Origin: Burkholderiales bacterium
GTDB taxonomy: Bacteria; Pseudomonadota; Gammaproteobacteria; Burkholderiales; JACQAP01
Direction: 5' to 3'
Assembly: GCA_045810225.1 (NCBI GenBank)
Contig: JBJMWI010000176.1
Coordinates: forward strand, 40,583-104,582
Length of the DNA: 64,000 bases
The translations under genes were made by a program, and so were the position numbers. The notes under the pieces are model-generated. The model was given only the letters and a program-made list of their open reading frames with translations. It ran no database searches and was not told where the DNA came from. Position 1 is the stretch's first letter; every line of letters begins with the position of its first letter. This document shows, piece by piece, positions 1 to 8,924 of this stretch.

Positions 1-66
1 GGCACGAATCGCGTGAGCACTTAGCACCAAAGCAAATGCGGAAACACACAGTAAAGTTTTCTTCAT
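1..66 (-). CDS. 5' end of a gene for an exported protein (partial, continues left of the window)
   Basis: The reverse complement of 1-66 reads MKKTLLCVSAFALVLSAHAIRA, a signal-peptide-like N-terminus. GGAGG (rc of 71-75) lies just upstream of the ATG at 64-66. Confidence 0.45.
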   Translation of the reverse strand, partial: MKKTLLCVSAFALVLSAHAIRA

Positions 67-320
67 GGCTCCTCCACTTGTTCTTTTGTCATTCGTCTTT
101 CAACACATTATAGGCGCACTTTTTGCACAACCCAGCGGGATACTACTTGTCGTGATACGGTCCGACGAAGTCGGGTACCGGCCTGACCGCTCCGGCTGGT
201 GGCTAGTCGTACATATTGTTCTATTCCCGTCGTGCCCATTACGTTGGTATCGTATGGAACCCGTTATGCTGTAGCGTTTTGCGCCAAGCAGCTCCATAAA
301 AAATCGTCCACGGAGGATTC

Positions 321-1355
321 ATGCGCTACCGATTGTTGGGCCGTACCGGCCTTCTGGTTTCAGAGATTTGCCTTGGCACCATGACCTATGGCGGCAAGGG
401 TCGCTGGCAGCCCATCGGACAACTTGGACTGCGTGAAGTGGAGGGCCAGATCAAGACTGCATTCAGTGCCGGCATAAATTTCGTCGATACCGCCGATGTC
501 TATTCAGAAGGCGACTCGGAAAGTCTGGTGGGCCAGGCACTAAAAAACTTGAAGCTGCCACGAGAAGAGCTCGTTATCGCAACCAAAGTGCGTATCCGCA
601 TGGGGCCCGGGCCGAACCAAGTGGGTTTGTCGCGCGGACATATCATGGACGGCGTGAATGCGAGCCTGCGGCGCCTGCAGTTGGATCATATCGATCTGTA
701 TCAAATCCACGGCCAAGATTTGGCCACGCCGATGGAAGAAACACTGCGCGCCCTGGAGGATTTGATCCGTTCAGGCAAGGTTCGCTATATCGGGCTGAGC
801 AACCATGCCGCCTGGCAAATCATGAAAGCGGTTTCCATTTCGCAACATCACGGCTGGAATCGTTTCGAAAGTGTGCAGGCGTATTACTCCCTCGCCGGCC
901 GGGATCTAGAACGCGAGATCGTACCGCTGGCGCTGGATCAAGGACTGGGTATTCTGGTCTGGAGCCCACTCGCAGGTGGTCTGCTGTCCGGGAAATTTTC
1001 CGAGAACGATAAAGGACCCCAAGGCGCAAGACGAACCAATTTCGATTTTCCGCCGGTCGATAGGCCGCGCGCTTTTCGTTGTGTTGAGGCCATGCGACCG
1101 ATGGCCCAGTCTCATGGCGTTTCAGTTGCACGTATCGCATTGGCTTGGTTGCTGCATCAGCCGGCGGTCGCAAGCGTAATCGTTGGAGCAAAAACCAACG
1201 AACAACTGTCGGACAATTTAGCGGCTACCGAGCTTCAGCTGTCCGAAGCGGAATTGAAATCGCTCGACGAAGCAAGCAGGCTTCCGCCGGAATACCCGGG
1301 CTGGATGTTTGCCAGACAGAACATGGATCGCTTTCCCGGTGGGTCGATCAAATAG
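321..1355 (+). CDS. aldo/keto reductase family oxidoreductase
   Basis: 344 aa ORF with MRYRLLGRTGLLVSEICLGTMTYGG, DTADVYSEGDSE and IDLYQIHGQD blocks typical of AKR (Kv-beta-like) enzymes. Confidence 0.9.
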   Translation: MRYRLLGRTGLLVSEICLGTMTYGGKGRWQPIGQLGLREVEGQIKTAFSAGINFVDTADVYSEGDSESLVGQALKNLKLPREELVIATKVRIRMGPGPNQVGLSRGHIMDGVNASLRRLQLDHIDLYQIHGQDLATPMEETLRALEDLIRSGKVRYIGLSNHAAWQIMKAVSISQHHGWNRFESVQAYYSLAGRDLEREIVPLALDQGLGILVWSPLAGGLLSGKFSENDKGPQGARRTNFDFPPVDRPRAFRCVEAMRPMAQSHGVSVARIALAWLLHQPAVASVIVGAKTNEQLSDNLAATELQLSEAELKSLDEASRLPPEYPGWMFARQNMDRFPGGSIK

Positions 1356-1484
1356 CGGCTCCATTATCCGGTTGCGCAAACAAGGGGTTTACTCGATTTT
1401 TTGGAGCGACCGATAGCTGGTAAGACGTGTTACGTTCGGTGCGCGTAACATGCACCCGTTGCCAACCCGATAGGATTCTCTTCC

Positions 1485-1745
1485 ATGGCCGCTCCAGCAC
1501 CCGTCCGCCCCGCAGATCCCGTGCGGGACCTGGCATCAAGCATTTTCATTGAATTGATCTGCCGCAATGTAGTCGTGACGGAAAGCGCGGCGAAGATCAA
1601 TGCCAACCCCGAAAACCTGGCTCGCATCAGCTTCAAGCTGGCGGAGACATTTCAGCGCGTTGATAGTGAGCTGAAGGCACCGACGCAGCCTAAAAACCAG
1701 GAATTCGACATGAAGGGTGCGAGTCTGCCCGGTTGGGATAAGTAA
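1485..1745 (+). CDS. hypothetical small protein (86 aa)
   Basis: ORF with non-repetitive, protein-like composition. It is followed 9 nt later by a strong hairpin terminator. The SD is weak (AGGA, 10 nt upstream). Confidence 0.4.
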   Translation: MAAPAPVRPADPVRDLASSIFIELICRNVVVTESAAKINANPENLARISFKLAETFQRVDSELKAPTQPKNQEFDMKGASLPGWDK

Positions 1746-1753
1746 TCCGAAAA

Positions 1754-1777
1754 CAAAAGCCCGGTCGCCCGGGCTTT
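1754..1777. terminator. bidirectional intrinsic terminator between the 86-aa ORF and cspA
   Basis: aaaaGCCCGG-tcgc-CCGGGCtttt: a GC stem flanked by an A-run on one side and a T-run on the other, sitting between two convergent genes. Confidence 0.65.
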
Positions 1778-1832
1778 TATTCAGTCCCGAGCACCTCGTC
1801 AAAGGGGATCGGGTAACGTTCGACTGCGGCGT

Positions 1833-2036
1833 TTATGCAGGACGGATGTTAGAAGCCTGATCGCCCTTGGGACCGGTCGTCTTGTCGTAGGAGACCTTCT
1901 GATTTTCCTGCAGCGATTTGAAGCCATTGCCCTGAATCGCGGAGAAGTGCGCAAACAAATCCTTGCCACCGTCATCCGGGGTAATGAAGCCAAAGCCTTT
2001 CGCGTCGTTGAACCACTTAACAGTACCTGATGCCAT
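1833..2036 (-). CDS. cspA: cold-shock protein, CspA family
   Basis: 67 aa, [34 protein letters not shown], containing the RNP1 (KGFGFI) and RNP2 (DLFAHF) motifs. Confidence 0.95.
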   Translation of the reverse strand: MASGTVKWFNDAKGFGFITPDDGGKDLFAHFSAIQGNGFKSLQENQKVSYDKTTGPKGDQASNIRPA

Positions 2037-2257
2037 TTGTATCTTCCTTAACTTAAATGAATGGGCGTATCGCCCGAAAGCGAGAACATCAAGAGTAGAA
2101 ATTAAGGAGATCTGGGCAGTACCGATGGACGGAGCTACGACGGACCAGCAAACTCAACGCTTGAGAATTCTGCAGCGTCGTTATACCTGCCACCGGCTGG
2201 AAGGTCAAAGGATATTTGGGCCGCTGGTCTTACCGGACCAGGCCAGCGCCATTCGCC

Positions 2258-2866
2258 TTATTTACCCTTCAACGTCTTTTTGAAGTTTGCATTTCCGGCA
2301 AGCTCGTGGACCGCGCCGATCAGTGCGTCACTCAGCACTTCATAGTAGTTGGCGGCTTTGTATGCGATTCCGAACCGGCTCGAAGTTCCGGTGGTGTTGA
2401 CCACCCAAAGCGGCTTGCCGGAAGGGTCGGATAGCGTAATGCGAAGCTCGACCGTCGCTTTGTAGCGAGTATCGTCTTCAGCGAAAAATTGCCTGACCTC
2501 GCCATTCATGACCACTGTTCCGCTGCTCTCAACCACATCCAGGCCGAGATCCGACAACAACGCTTTGACCTGATAGGTCACAAAGCGCGGGACATTAGTG
2601 CGGGTGGTCACTTTTCGCACCGGAGCCTTGTTCAGGCTGCGGCCGATGGACGCGGGGTCATCCCGAGTATCGGTAAATGTCTCGACTTGCAATTTGACCG
2701 CTTCCAGGCCCGTCAGATCGATGGGCTTTCTTTCCGACATCGGCTCAGTCGGTGACCACTCCAACGGAATATTTTCCAGTTTGTCTGCGGCTCGTACGTA
2801 AGACAACGTCGCTGCAGTAATGCAAGCTGCAACGATTGTCAGCGTAATACGTCGCGAATTACTCAT
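2258..2866 (-). CDS. hypothetical lipoprotein
   Basis: 202 aa. The N-terminus MSNSRRITLTIVAACITA has a lipobox-like VAAC. No family recognised with confidence. Confidence 0.65.
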   Translation of the reverse strand: MSNSRRITLTIVAACITAATLSYVRAADKLENIPLEWSPTEPMSERKPIDLTGLEAVKLQVETFTDTRDDPASIGRSLNKAPVRKVTTRTNVPRFVTYQVKALLSDLGLDVVESSGTVVMNGEVRQFFAEDDTRYKATVELRITLSDPSGKPLWVVNTTGTSSRFGIAYKAANYYEVLSDALIGAVHELAGNANFKKTLKGK

Positions 2867-2905
2867 GCAATCTCCTTGATAAGCGCGGTACGCGAGAAGC
2901 GCCGT

Positions 2906-3415
2906 TCAGTACACTTGCCCCTGGTTCAACCTGCCCGTGACCGCATCAAGTTCCACCGTGGCTTTGTGGTTGCTGGGAAGAAACATTTGGTACTTGTAGA
3001 AAGGACGGCCGCTTACGCCAACTGATAATTCCATTGCTGTAATGCGTACGGGGGCGACGAAGACTTCCGGCGCACTGACCCTTGCCCTGGTTTCCGGCCA
3101 GGTCGCTCGCTGATACATGGTGTACCGGAACAGTCCCATCTTGTTAGTGAACTTGAAATTTGACGGCTTGGCTGGATCGCAGAACGTTTCCGCGTTAACG
3201 CCTTCTGCGTTCATGATAGTAATCACGTACGGTGGTGCATTGCCACCGCCGGTTTGTTGCCATCCGGAGACAACCCCCGGACGCTCTTTCAGCGTCGCTT
3301 CGATACAGGCGTCCAATGAACCGCCCGGTTCCCATGCCTCGCCCGCTAATGCCGGTAGTGCAGTGAGTGCAAGTACACATGAAAGACAGTTTACGAATTT
3401 AGCGCTGGTTGCCAT
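2906..3415 (-). CDS. hypothetical exported protein
   Basis: 169 aa with signal peptide CVLALTALPALAGEA. It lies 39 nt upstream of the lipoprotein gene on the same strand. Confidence 0.6.
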   Translation of the reverse strand: MATSAKFVNCLSCVLALTALPALAGEAWEPGGSLDACIEATLKERPGVVSGWQQTGGGNAPPYVITIMNAEGVNAETFCDPAKPSNFKFTNKMGLFRYTMYQRATWPETRARVSAPEVFVAPVRITAMELSVGVSGRPFYKYQMFLPSNHKATVELDAVTGRLNQGQVY

Positions 3416-3578
3416 GTCGATGATGGTCCTTTCATTTTGGGATGTTTAGCCGCGGGCGATGGCTGCGGTATGTTAAATGTTGCCGCTTGGACGAACTCAA
3501 GCAGTACAGGGCCTTGTACCGCCGCCGTGGCTGTTCGCCGGATAACAAGGGCCGGAATTGCGGGCTGCAAATTTTATT

Positions 3579-4424
3579 TCAGTGCAGCGTCCGGTCCGCC
3601 ACAGTAATCCTGTGCAGCAGCCGACGGTGTCCTTCGTAACCGCCGGTAGCGGCATGGATGACACAGCGATTGTCCCACATGATCAACATACCTTGCGACC
3701 ATTTGTGCCTGTAAACGTATTCCGGTTTCGCCTGGTGTGCGTAAAGTTCCTGCAAAACAACAACGGCCTCATCTTCCGGCATGCCTTCGATGCCAATGGT
3801 GTAACCGGGGCTTACGAACAGCGCAATCCGACCGGTCTCGGTATGCGGCCTGGCAAGCGGGTGAAGCTGGGTTTTGAGCGCCGAGTCGCCGTACTTGATC
3901 GCCATCGAACGGCCCTTGTCCCTTTCGCCATACAGTCCGTCCCGAGCATAGCCTTTACGCGCTGAATGGATCGCCACCTTGTTCTTGAGAAAATTTTGCA
4001 TGCTACTGGACAGCCCTTCCCAGGCTGCATATTGATCTGCGAACAGGGTGTCACCACCCATCGGTGGAATAATGTTGCCGTAAAGAACAGTGCCCGCCGG
4101 CGGCCGTTTCAGGAAACTCCAATCCGAATGCCAGGTTTCTGCAAAGATTGGAGCTTTTTCATCCGGTTCACGCTTCACCTGCACCACGCGCGGATGCCCG
4201 GCAATTGCTTCAATGTACGGATCTTCGCCGTTGGGACCCATATAAGTTGCAAAGCGCTCTATGTCGGCAATCTCGAGCCGTTGCCCGGGAAAAGCAACCA
4301 CCTGGTGCTTGAGCCAGGCCGAACGGACTGCTGCGACGTCGGCTGGCGACAATTCCAAACGCAGGTCGATACCTCGAATGATCGCACCGCATGACGCTTG
4401 TTGAGGCGAAATTTCGATGCTCAT
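3579..4424 (-). CDS. TauD/TfdA-family Fe(II)/2-oxoglutarate dioxygenase
   Basis: 281 aa. Blocks WHSDWSF (H-x-D iron ligands), PPMGGDTLFADQ and MWDNRCVIHAA are characteristic of taurine-dioxygenase-like enzymes. Confidence 0.88.
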   Translation of the reverse strand: MSIEISPQQASCGAIIRGIDLRLELSPADVAAVRSAWLKHQVVAFPGQRLEIADIERFATYMGPNGEDPYIEAIAGHPRVVQVKREPDEKAPIFAETWHSDWSFLKRPPAGTVLYGNIIPPMGGDTLFADQYAAWEGLSSSMQNFLKNKVAIHSARKGYARDGLYGERDKGRSMAIKYGDSALKTQLHPLARPHTETGRIALFVSPGYTIGIEGMPEDEAVVVLQELYAHQAKPEYVYRHKWSQGMLIMWDNRCVIHAATGGYEGHRRLLHRITVADRTLH

Positions 4425-4614
4425 GTGCTATTCCAATTGAAAGACCTTCATACGCCGGATTTTAAACGGTATGCTGAAATTACGCGCTCAATGTCGCAGC
4501 GGAACTTGGCAGACATCACAGCTGTCTAGAGGCAAGACCGCCGGGGGCAGCGGTTGCAGATTCACTTGATGACGGCCTTCATTCAATTGCTGTTTAAACA
4601 ATCGGAGGAAGCAC

Positions 4615-5052
4615 ATGAACCAGATCATCCAAAGCGCAGGAAGCAGATTTGCGGGGGTCATGCTAACCGTATGCGCGCTGTTGACGGGCGCAGGTTACGC
4701 AATCGCGGCTGGAACGTCGGTCAACTTGAGCGGATCGCAGGAAGTTCCTCCCGTGCAAACCAGCGCCAGCGGTACGGGGACCATTACCGTTAATGATGAC
4801 AAGTCGGTCAGCGGCAGCGTAACAACCAAGGGCATCAAAGCAACAATGGCGCATATTCATGAGGCGGCACCTGGGCAGAATGGCGGAGTGGTCATTCCTC
4901 TGACCAAGAAAGGCGATAACGAATGGGTGGTGCCTCCAGACGCCAAGTTGAACGATGCTCAGTACCAGGCCTACAAAGCTGGCAATTTGTACGTCAACGT
5001 GCATAGCGATGCTCACAAGCCTGGAGAAATCAGGGGCCAATTGAAGCCCTGA
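4615..5052 (+). CDS. CHRD domain-containing exported protein
   Basis: 145 aa with a signal peptide, then GSQEVPPV...SGTGTITV...AHIHEAAPGQNGGVV...LYVNVHS...PGEIRGQL, the CHRD-domain pattern. SD GGAGGA precedes the ATG. Confidence 0.85.
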   Translation: MNQIIQSAGSRFAGVMLTVCALLTGAGYAIAAGTSVNLSGSQEVPPVQTSASGTGTITVNDDKSVSGSVTTKGIKATMAHIHEAAPGQNGGVVIPLTKKGDNEWVVPPDAKLNDAQYQAYKAGNLYVNVHSDAHKPGEIRGQLKP

Positions 5053-5229
5053 CTATTGCAATCGGATTATCGACGACGTTCCGGGCGCAACGCCAGGGAC
5101 GTCGATGTTCTTCGTGAGTCATGCAACCAAACTGGCGTGGCGCCGTTCTAATTCTTGCTTTCATTGAAGGTATCGCAGAATCAGCGGTCACGTCGAAAGC
5201 ATGCGATTAACTCTGTTTGCGGGTAAAAA

Positions 5230-5700
5230 TTGAAAGCGTTCACCAAGGAGCAATGCAAGACCGCCTGCCGTGCGTTCGCAACGGTCGTGCTTGCGCTGCC
5301 GCTATGTGCTTTTGCTGCTTTGGGGGGGCAATCGGCATCCGCTGAGACCGATAGGGCGGCAATGGACGGATCCCTGCGCGTGCTACCGGGCGGCAAATAT
5401 ACCGTTCACGAAATTGAAACCGCTTCGGGGACAAAAATCCGCGAGTATGTATCTACAGGCGGGAACATTTTTGCCGTGCTCTGGGACGGCCCTGTAATGC
5501 CCGATCTGCGCCAGATACTGGGTAACTATTTCGAGCGCTATACAGCGGCGACTTCGGCCGGGCAAGCAGGCCGTCGCCAAATTGAAGTCCGCGAACCGGA
5601 CCTTGTTGTGCAAGCGCGCGGGCATATGCGAGCGTTCTCGGGTAAAGCATATCTTCCGCAAGCACTACCCGACGGGGTTACGCCGGATGAGTTGCGATGA
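5230..5700 (+). CDS. exported protein, DUF2844-like
   Basis: 156 aa with a signal peptide (VVLALPLCAFAALGG). The family assignment is from memory. It starts at TTG, so the start is uncertain. Its stop overlaps the next ATG (ATGA at 5697-5700). Confidence 0.7.
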   Translation: MKAFTKEQCKTACRAFATVVLALPLCAFAALGGQSASAETDRAAMDGSLRVLPGGKYTVHEIETASGTKIREYVSTGGNIFAVLWDGPVMPDLRQILGNYFERYTAATSAGQAGRRQIEVREPDLVVQARGHMRAFSGKAYLPQALPDGVTPDELR

Positions 5701-6878
5701 GTAAGTCTGCGCTCATCACTTCCCTTACCGTGTCTCTGCTGGTGTGTGCCTGTGGAGGAGGAGGTGGCGACAGCGCGCCGGTGTCGGTTCCGAACGCGCA
5801 AGCCCTGTTCGTTGGGCCGGGACCGGCTAACAATGTGAATCTACTGTTCACCACAGTGGAAATCTGTACGCCGGGCAGCGCGTCGGCGTGTCAATCCATC
5901 GACCACGTGCTGGTTGATACTGGCTCCAGCGGCTTGCGGATATTGGCATCCGTCGTCGATCCCTCATTGTCATTGCCGCAACAGACCGGTGCTTCCGGCC
6001 GGCCGCTTGTCGAATGCGGTCAATTCGTAGTGGGTTTTGTCTGGGGTCCGGTGAAAATCGCAGATGTACGTATAGCGCAGGAACTGGCGCGCTCGACGCC
6101 GATTCAGTTAATCGCCGATCCGGCTTTTCCGTTAGTACCCGCAAACTGTTCGAGTATGGGCGGTACCGCACTGAACACGGCAGAACTGATCGGAGCCAAT
6201 GGCGTGCTGGGCGTTTCGATGTTTGCGCAGGATTGCGGAGCGACGTGCGAAGGCATCACCAGCCCGGGAGTTTATTTTGAATGTGCCGGGTCGAGTTGCC
6301 AAGCGACCCCAGCAAGTCTAGCGCAGCAATTGCAAAATCCGGTGACACTGTTCACCCAGAACAATAATGGTGTTGTCATTGATCTGCCTTCCGTAGCGCC
6401 GGGGGGAGCACGCACTGTGACCGGCTCACTGATATTCGGCATTGGCACGCAAGGCAACAACGCCATGGGGAGCGCGCAAGTTATTCGCGTGAACCCGACC
6501 AACGGCGTGTTCACGACCGTCTTGAATAACACTTCGTATGGCAACAGTTTTATCGATTCCGGCTCGAACGCGCTCTATTTCGGAAATCCGGGTATCCCGG
6601 CCTGCAGCAATCCTGATTTTTTCTGCCCCGGTGCGACGCAGATTCTTTCCGCCACGTTGCATGGCACGAGCGGAAGCGCTTCGGTAAACTTCAGTGTGGC
6701 CAATGCGGAGGCGCTGTTCTCCAACAATCCGGGCTTTTTCGCTTTCAGCGATCTGGCCGGGCCAAATGCCAGCGATACATTCGATTGGGGCTTGCCGTTC
6801 TTTTTTGGCCGCAAGGTCTTTATTGCCATTGCCGGACAGGACACGCCAGCAGGAGTCGGACCGTACGTTGCGTTTTAG
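5697..6878 (+). CDS. lipoprotein, DUF3443-like
   Basis: 393 aa. The N-terminus SLLVCACGGGGGDS is a lipobox plus Gly linker. Translationally coupled to the preceding gene. The family assignment is from memory. Confidence 0.78.
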   Translation: MSKSALITSLTVSLLVCACGGGGGDSAPVSVPNAQALFVGPGPANNVNLLFTTVEICTPGSASACQSIDHVLVDTGSSGLRILASVVDPSLSLPQQTGASGRPLVECGQFVVGFVWGPVKIADVRIAQELARSTPIQLIADPAFPLVPANCSSMGGTALNTAELIGANGVLGVSMFAQDCGATCEGITSPGVYFECAGSSCQATPASLAQQLQNPVTLFTQNNNGVVIDLPSVAPGGARTVTGSLIFGIGTQGNNAMGSAQVIRVNPTNGVFTTVLNNTSYGNSFIDSGSNALYFGNPGIPACSNPDFFCPGATQILSATLHGTSGSASVNFSVANAEALFSNNPGFFAFSDLAGPNASDTFDWGLPFFFGRKVFIAIAGQDTPAGVGPYVAF

Positions 6879-6972
6879 GTTGTCCAATCTGGCTCGGCGC
6901 AGCCCAGCATGTTGGTACACCCGCTGGACATGTCTGCGTTAAACTATCTCGTGTCAAAACAGGAGAACCATC

Positions 6973-7563
6973 GTGAAGAAGTTACTCATTGTGTTGCTCT
7001 TGGCAGTAGTAGCACCAGCGAACGCGCAAGCACACGGCGGCGGTTGGAACGGCCACTATTACTATGGTGGATACCATGGTGGATACCATGGCGGATATTA
7101 TGGCGGGGCTGGCTTCTTCCTTTTCGGAGCCGCCCTTGGCGCTGCTTTAACCTATTCCTACTCGCAAGCCCGGGCGAATCCGGGGCCATACTACTATTAC
7201 AGTCCAGTTGCACCGGTTTACGTGCAAAGCCAGCCCAGCTATGTAGTCGCTCCAGTAGATCAGCCCGCCCCTTCAACGCAACAGCAGTATAACGGCGTCA
7301 CGGAGCTGGGCCCGGTCACCAAAGCACCTGACTTGAATTCCAGTTCTTCCCCTCTTTCAGCGGACAAATGGTTCGTTTACCCAAGCAAGGGGCAGACGCA
7401 GCAACAGGCTGCAAACGACCGTCACGATTGCGACCGATGGGCCACCAGCCAATCGGGCTACGATCCCGGTCTGCGCGTGCATCGCAATCCGCAAACCGGA
7501 CCCTCAGATTACGGGCGAGCCTTAAGCGCCTGCCTCGAAGGGCGCGGCTATACAGTTCGGTGA
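6973..7563 (+). CDS. exported Gly/Tyr/His-rich protein with a Cys-containing C-terminal domain
   Basis: GTG start preceded by AGGAGA. A signal peptide is followed by HGGGWNGHYYYGGYHGGYHGGYYGG, a hydrophobic Gly-zipper-like segment, a Pro/Tyr/Gln-rich linker, and a C-terminal DCDRW...ACLEGRGYTV block. Confidence 0.65.
   Translation: MKKLLIVLLLAVVAPANAQAHGGGWNGHYYYGGYHGGYHGGYYGGAGFFLFGAALGAALTYSYSQARANPGPYYYYSPVAPVYVQSQPSYVVAPVDQPAPSTQQQYNGVTELGPVTKAPDLNSSSSPLSADKWFVYPSKGQTQQQAANDRHDCDRWATSQSGYDPGLRVHRNPQTGPSDYGRALSACLEGRGYTVR
7076..7111 (+). repeat. three tandem 12-nt units encoding GGYH/GGYH/GGYY
   Basis: ggtggataccat ggtggataccat ggcggatattat, read directly from the sequence. Confidence 0.85.
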
Positions 7564-7582
7564 CGAGCTGGCAGAAGAGTTG

Positions 7583-8515
7583 CTACACGGTTGGTATTCG
7601 TCCGGAGGTTCCCGGACCGCTGAGTGATTTGTTGCGCGTCGGTATCGCAGCCGCATCCACCGCCTCTGGTTTGATATTTTTTCTGGAGCCATGGCTTTCA
7701 GCATAGACCTTGGTGAATTCCGCCCCCAGCAGAAAAATTTGCGTGGAATAGTACACCCACAGCAGTAGCACTACCGGCGCACCAGCAGCACCATAACTGG
7801 AGACGACGCCGCTATTGCTGATGTAAAGCTCGATTAGTATTTTTCCCAGCGAAAAAAGCACGGATGTGATGAGCGAGCCGATCCAGACATCGCGCCAGGC
7901 AAGTCTTACACGTGGCATGAATCGGTAAATCAGCGCAAACAGGACCGCGATGATCGCAACGGTGACCAGGAAGTTTGCCGCATGCAGCAACATTTCCATG
8001 GCACCGAAACGCCAGTACCTGGCCCAGACCGCGATTGCAGCGCTGACAGCAAGCGAAGTAATCAGCAGAAAGCCAATCGCCAGAACCATTCCGAAAGACA
8101 GCAGCCGCGTGCGCACAAAATGCCACAAGCCGGCGCCTTTATCCGGTTCAGCCTTCCAGATCCGATTCAGGTTGGACTCAAGCTCCGCGAATACCGTTGT
8201 GGCTCCTACAACCATGGTCACGATTCCCAGCACGGTAGCCAGCAGTCCCTGCCCGGGCTTCTGTGCGCTCGATAGCATGCTGTCGATGGCGTTGGCGGCG
8301 TTTTCACCGAGCATGCCGCGTGCCTGTTCCATGATAGCGGCATGCGCTGCGTCCTGGCCAAACACCACAGCGGCTACCGCAATGACAATGACAAGAAGCG
8401 GGGCGATGGAAAACACCGTGTAATAGGCCAGCGCGGCACCCATGCTCGGCGCGAAGTCAGATTGCCAGTTCGCGATCGCCGCCTTCGACAGCTTGAACAG
8501 AGATCGGTAATTCAT
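7583..8515 (-). CDS. YihY/BrkB-family inner-membrane protein (paralogue 1)
   Basis: From MNYRSLFKLSKAA... it is colinear with the paralogue at 12168-13061 along the whole length. Shared blocks include APSMGAAL.YYTVFSIAPLLVIVIAVA, VGATTVFAELESNLNRIWK and QIFLLGAEFTKVYAESHGSRKN. The start is chosen at the internal ATG that aligns with the paralogue. Confidence 0.85.
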   Translation of the reverse strand: MNYRSLFKLSKAAIANWQSDFAPSMGAALAYYTVFSIAPLLVIVIAVAAVVFGQDAAHAAIMEQARGMLGENAANAIDSMLSSAQKPGQGLLATVLGIVTMVVGATTVFAELESNLNRIWKAEPDKGAGLWHFVRTRLLSFGMVLAIGFLLITSLAVSAAIAVWARYWRFGAMEMLLHAANFLVTVAIIAVLFALIYRFMPRVRLAWRDVWIGSLITSVLFSLGKILIELYISNSGVVSSYGAAGAPVVLLLWVYYSTQIFLLGAEFTKVYAESHGSRKNIKPEAVDAAAIPTRNKSLSGPGTSGRIPTV

Positions 8516-8654
8516 TGATCCAGCTTTCTTGTAAATTCGCGCGTTCATTAGGCAACGCCTGACAGAGAAGTTCGGGAGCACTTGCGTCTTCTGGCCGGAA
8601 CCGACGCTGTTTCGTCCGGTCTATCAGGCTCTGACCCCATTTGGAGACTCCACC

Positions 8655-8921
8655 ATGCCAACCGTCCTGGATAAAACTTTGAAACGCGAACTGACCATCG
8701 AGGGCAAGCCATTCGTGGTCGCCATTTCGCCGCAGGGATTCAAAATCGTTCCAAAAGGAAAACGCAAAGGCCAGGAGATTCTGTGGAGTGCCGTTGTAAA
8801 TGGCGATGCGGCGCTCGCAACCTCGCTCAATGCTTCGTTGAGACACGGGCCCGACGTTGCAAACAATGACGTTGCAATGGGCGGTGATGGAAAAATTGCA
8901 CAGCGACGGCAACCTGACTGA
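8655..8921 (+). CDS. hypothetical small protein (88 aa)
   Basis: GGAG lies 8 nt upstream of the ATG. The N-terminal two thirds look protein-like, and the C-terminal part is less convincing. Confidence 0.4.
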   Translation: MPTVLDKTLKRELTIEGKPFVVAISPQGFKIVPKGKRKGQEILWSAVVNGDAALATSLNASLRHGPDVANNDVAMGGDGKIAQRRQPD

Positions 8922-8924
8922 CAA

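Noticed and set aside
65-384. Small overlapping ORFs (61-69 aa) upstream of the aldo/keto reductase.
   Set aside because: They mutually overlap on both strands, have no SD sequences, and fall in what is most simply a divergent promoter region.
7950-8423. 157-aa plus-strand ORF, and its counterpart at 12487-12969, opposite the two yihY paralogues.
   Set aside because: Both arise only because the two paralogous genes share sequence, so they are antisense frames and not an independent conserved gene.
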